This document shows positions 62,792-64,000 of a DNA stretch of 64,000 bases, piece by piece. Source of the stretch: Stylophora pistillata (lineage: Eukaryota). The DNA lies in the NCBI RefSeq assembly GCF_002571385.2, contig NW_019217921.1:451476-515475 (forward strand), given 5' to 3'. The position numbers were made by a program, and so were the translations under genes. The notes under the pieces are model-generated. The model made no database searches. It was not told the DNA's origin and saw only the letters and a program-made list of their open reading frames with translations. Numbering within the stretch: the stretch's first letter is position 1; each line of letters begins with the position of its first letter.

Positions 62792-64000
62792 TAATAGAAA
62801 AATTTTCTCAGAGAGGGTAATAAGTTTACATGGCGATTCCTGTTTACTGTTTTGACTGTTGTCCCGAGTAATAATGTAGTTTTGACAGTCGGAGAACTTA
62901 CCACAAACATGAACACTATAGTGAATAAGCATACCCTTGTGTATCCCTTAAAAAGGGTTAAAAGTTGGTCTGAATTCCAAATTCAAACGCTGTTAAGTCG
63001 AGTAAATTATCTCCTTCGAAAATAAGAGATTTTAAAAGTAATATTCCTGAAACCACCACAGTTTTCTCAGTCACCCATTAGATTAAAGTATTTTTTTCTT
63101 TTTTCCAAAATAACTTCTCCAACTGTGAAAACACACAGTTCCAAGGTGACAAAGGCTGGAAGCTAAGGAAATGGCGTCGTTTCATTTTTGTTTGATGTCT
63201 ACTGTTCCCTTACAAACGCATCCAGCTGGTTGCTGCGATTACTGCTGATAGCATGACTAATTGAATTCCTTAAAATCTGCAATCTACAAGAATGAAATAA
63301 CAGAATTAAGACAAAAAAATCCTTAAGCCCCTTGGTAATAAACTGTACATATTCTAACGACGCAAAAATCAACTTATCAAATATGAAATCAAAGGAATGA
63401 AGCGATCTTTGAAACAACACCAGGTGTTAACTTTCAAATATGTAATTCAGACCTTCACCCAAACGGGTGTGGCTTGACGCCAATGAGTCAATTGGCAAAA
63501 AAAGGTAAAACCGCTCTCCCTCTGGTTAATATTCGAACTACTTCGTCTCTCCGAAGTTATACGTAAGGATTGTAAGATTTCTAAGGTTACCCGGCTTAAT
63601 GAGCTTAGTTTATTTCAACTATTTTTTTTTACGCAAAAAGGCCCTTCACATGGAAGAAGGTTTCCAAGAAAAAGTACTCCTTTGAGAAGTCAACGTGTCC
63701 AGCAGCTGGTGCCACCAATTTTAGCAAGATTTTTTGAAGCAAACTTCAGAAGGACAACATTTGTTACAGTTGATAAATAAAAAGGTAGTTTCGGGGGGGG
63801 GGGGAAGCTTCTCCTCTAGCAAGAATTTCTGGACAAGTGTCATTGACGAGTTTTCTACGCGAACAATCTTCTCTTAACAAAAGGACTTGCCACAACTTAA
63901 CACTCAAGAAAGATTACATTAAAAAAGCTTTTCTAAAATTAATGGAGATTCACCTCGCCTCCGAGAGAATCAAAAGCTGGCCGAACTTGGTGTTCTCGGG

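Overview
Intron-rich, AT-rich animal DNA. The gene families and repeat types suggest a cnidarian, probably a stony coral (inference). The main gene is a ~20 kb FKBP15 orthologue on the minus strand (CDS 10865-31138, 28 coding exons traced by hand, part of the FKBP domain lost in an N gap). Other genes: an intronless PRRT3/PRRT4-like multipass membrane gene, a rhodopsin-class GPCR frameshifted by a 7-bp repeat in TM6, an intronless NHL/beta-propeller gene, a probable spliced orphan gene, and a CHAT-domain remnant. Mobile DNA includes a dead APE-RT LINE, a Penelope-like element with a GIY-YIG fragment, a 12-bp TSD and three hammerhead ribozyme motifs, two further hammerhead-like motifs of other families, an inverted array of tRNA-like units, several SINEs and MITEs, a foldback/Mutator-like element and a degenerate spliced MULE transposase. 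The most unusual structures are the tRNA-array plus hammerhead composite with a triplicated target site beside an FKBP15 splice donor, the GPCR heptamer frameshift, and a 70-bp tandem repeat that copies an FKBP15 splice donor four times. All coordinates were read by eye and family names come from recalled motifs, not database searches.
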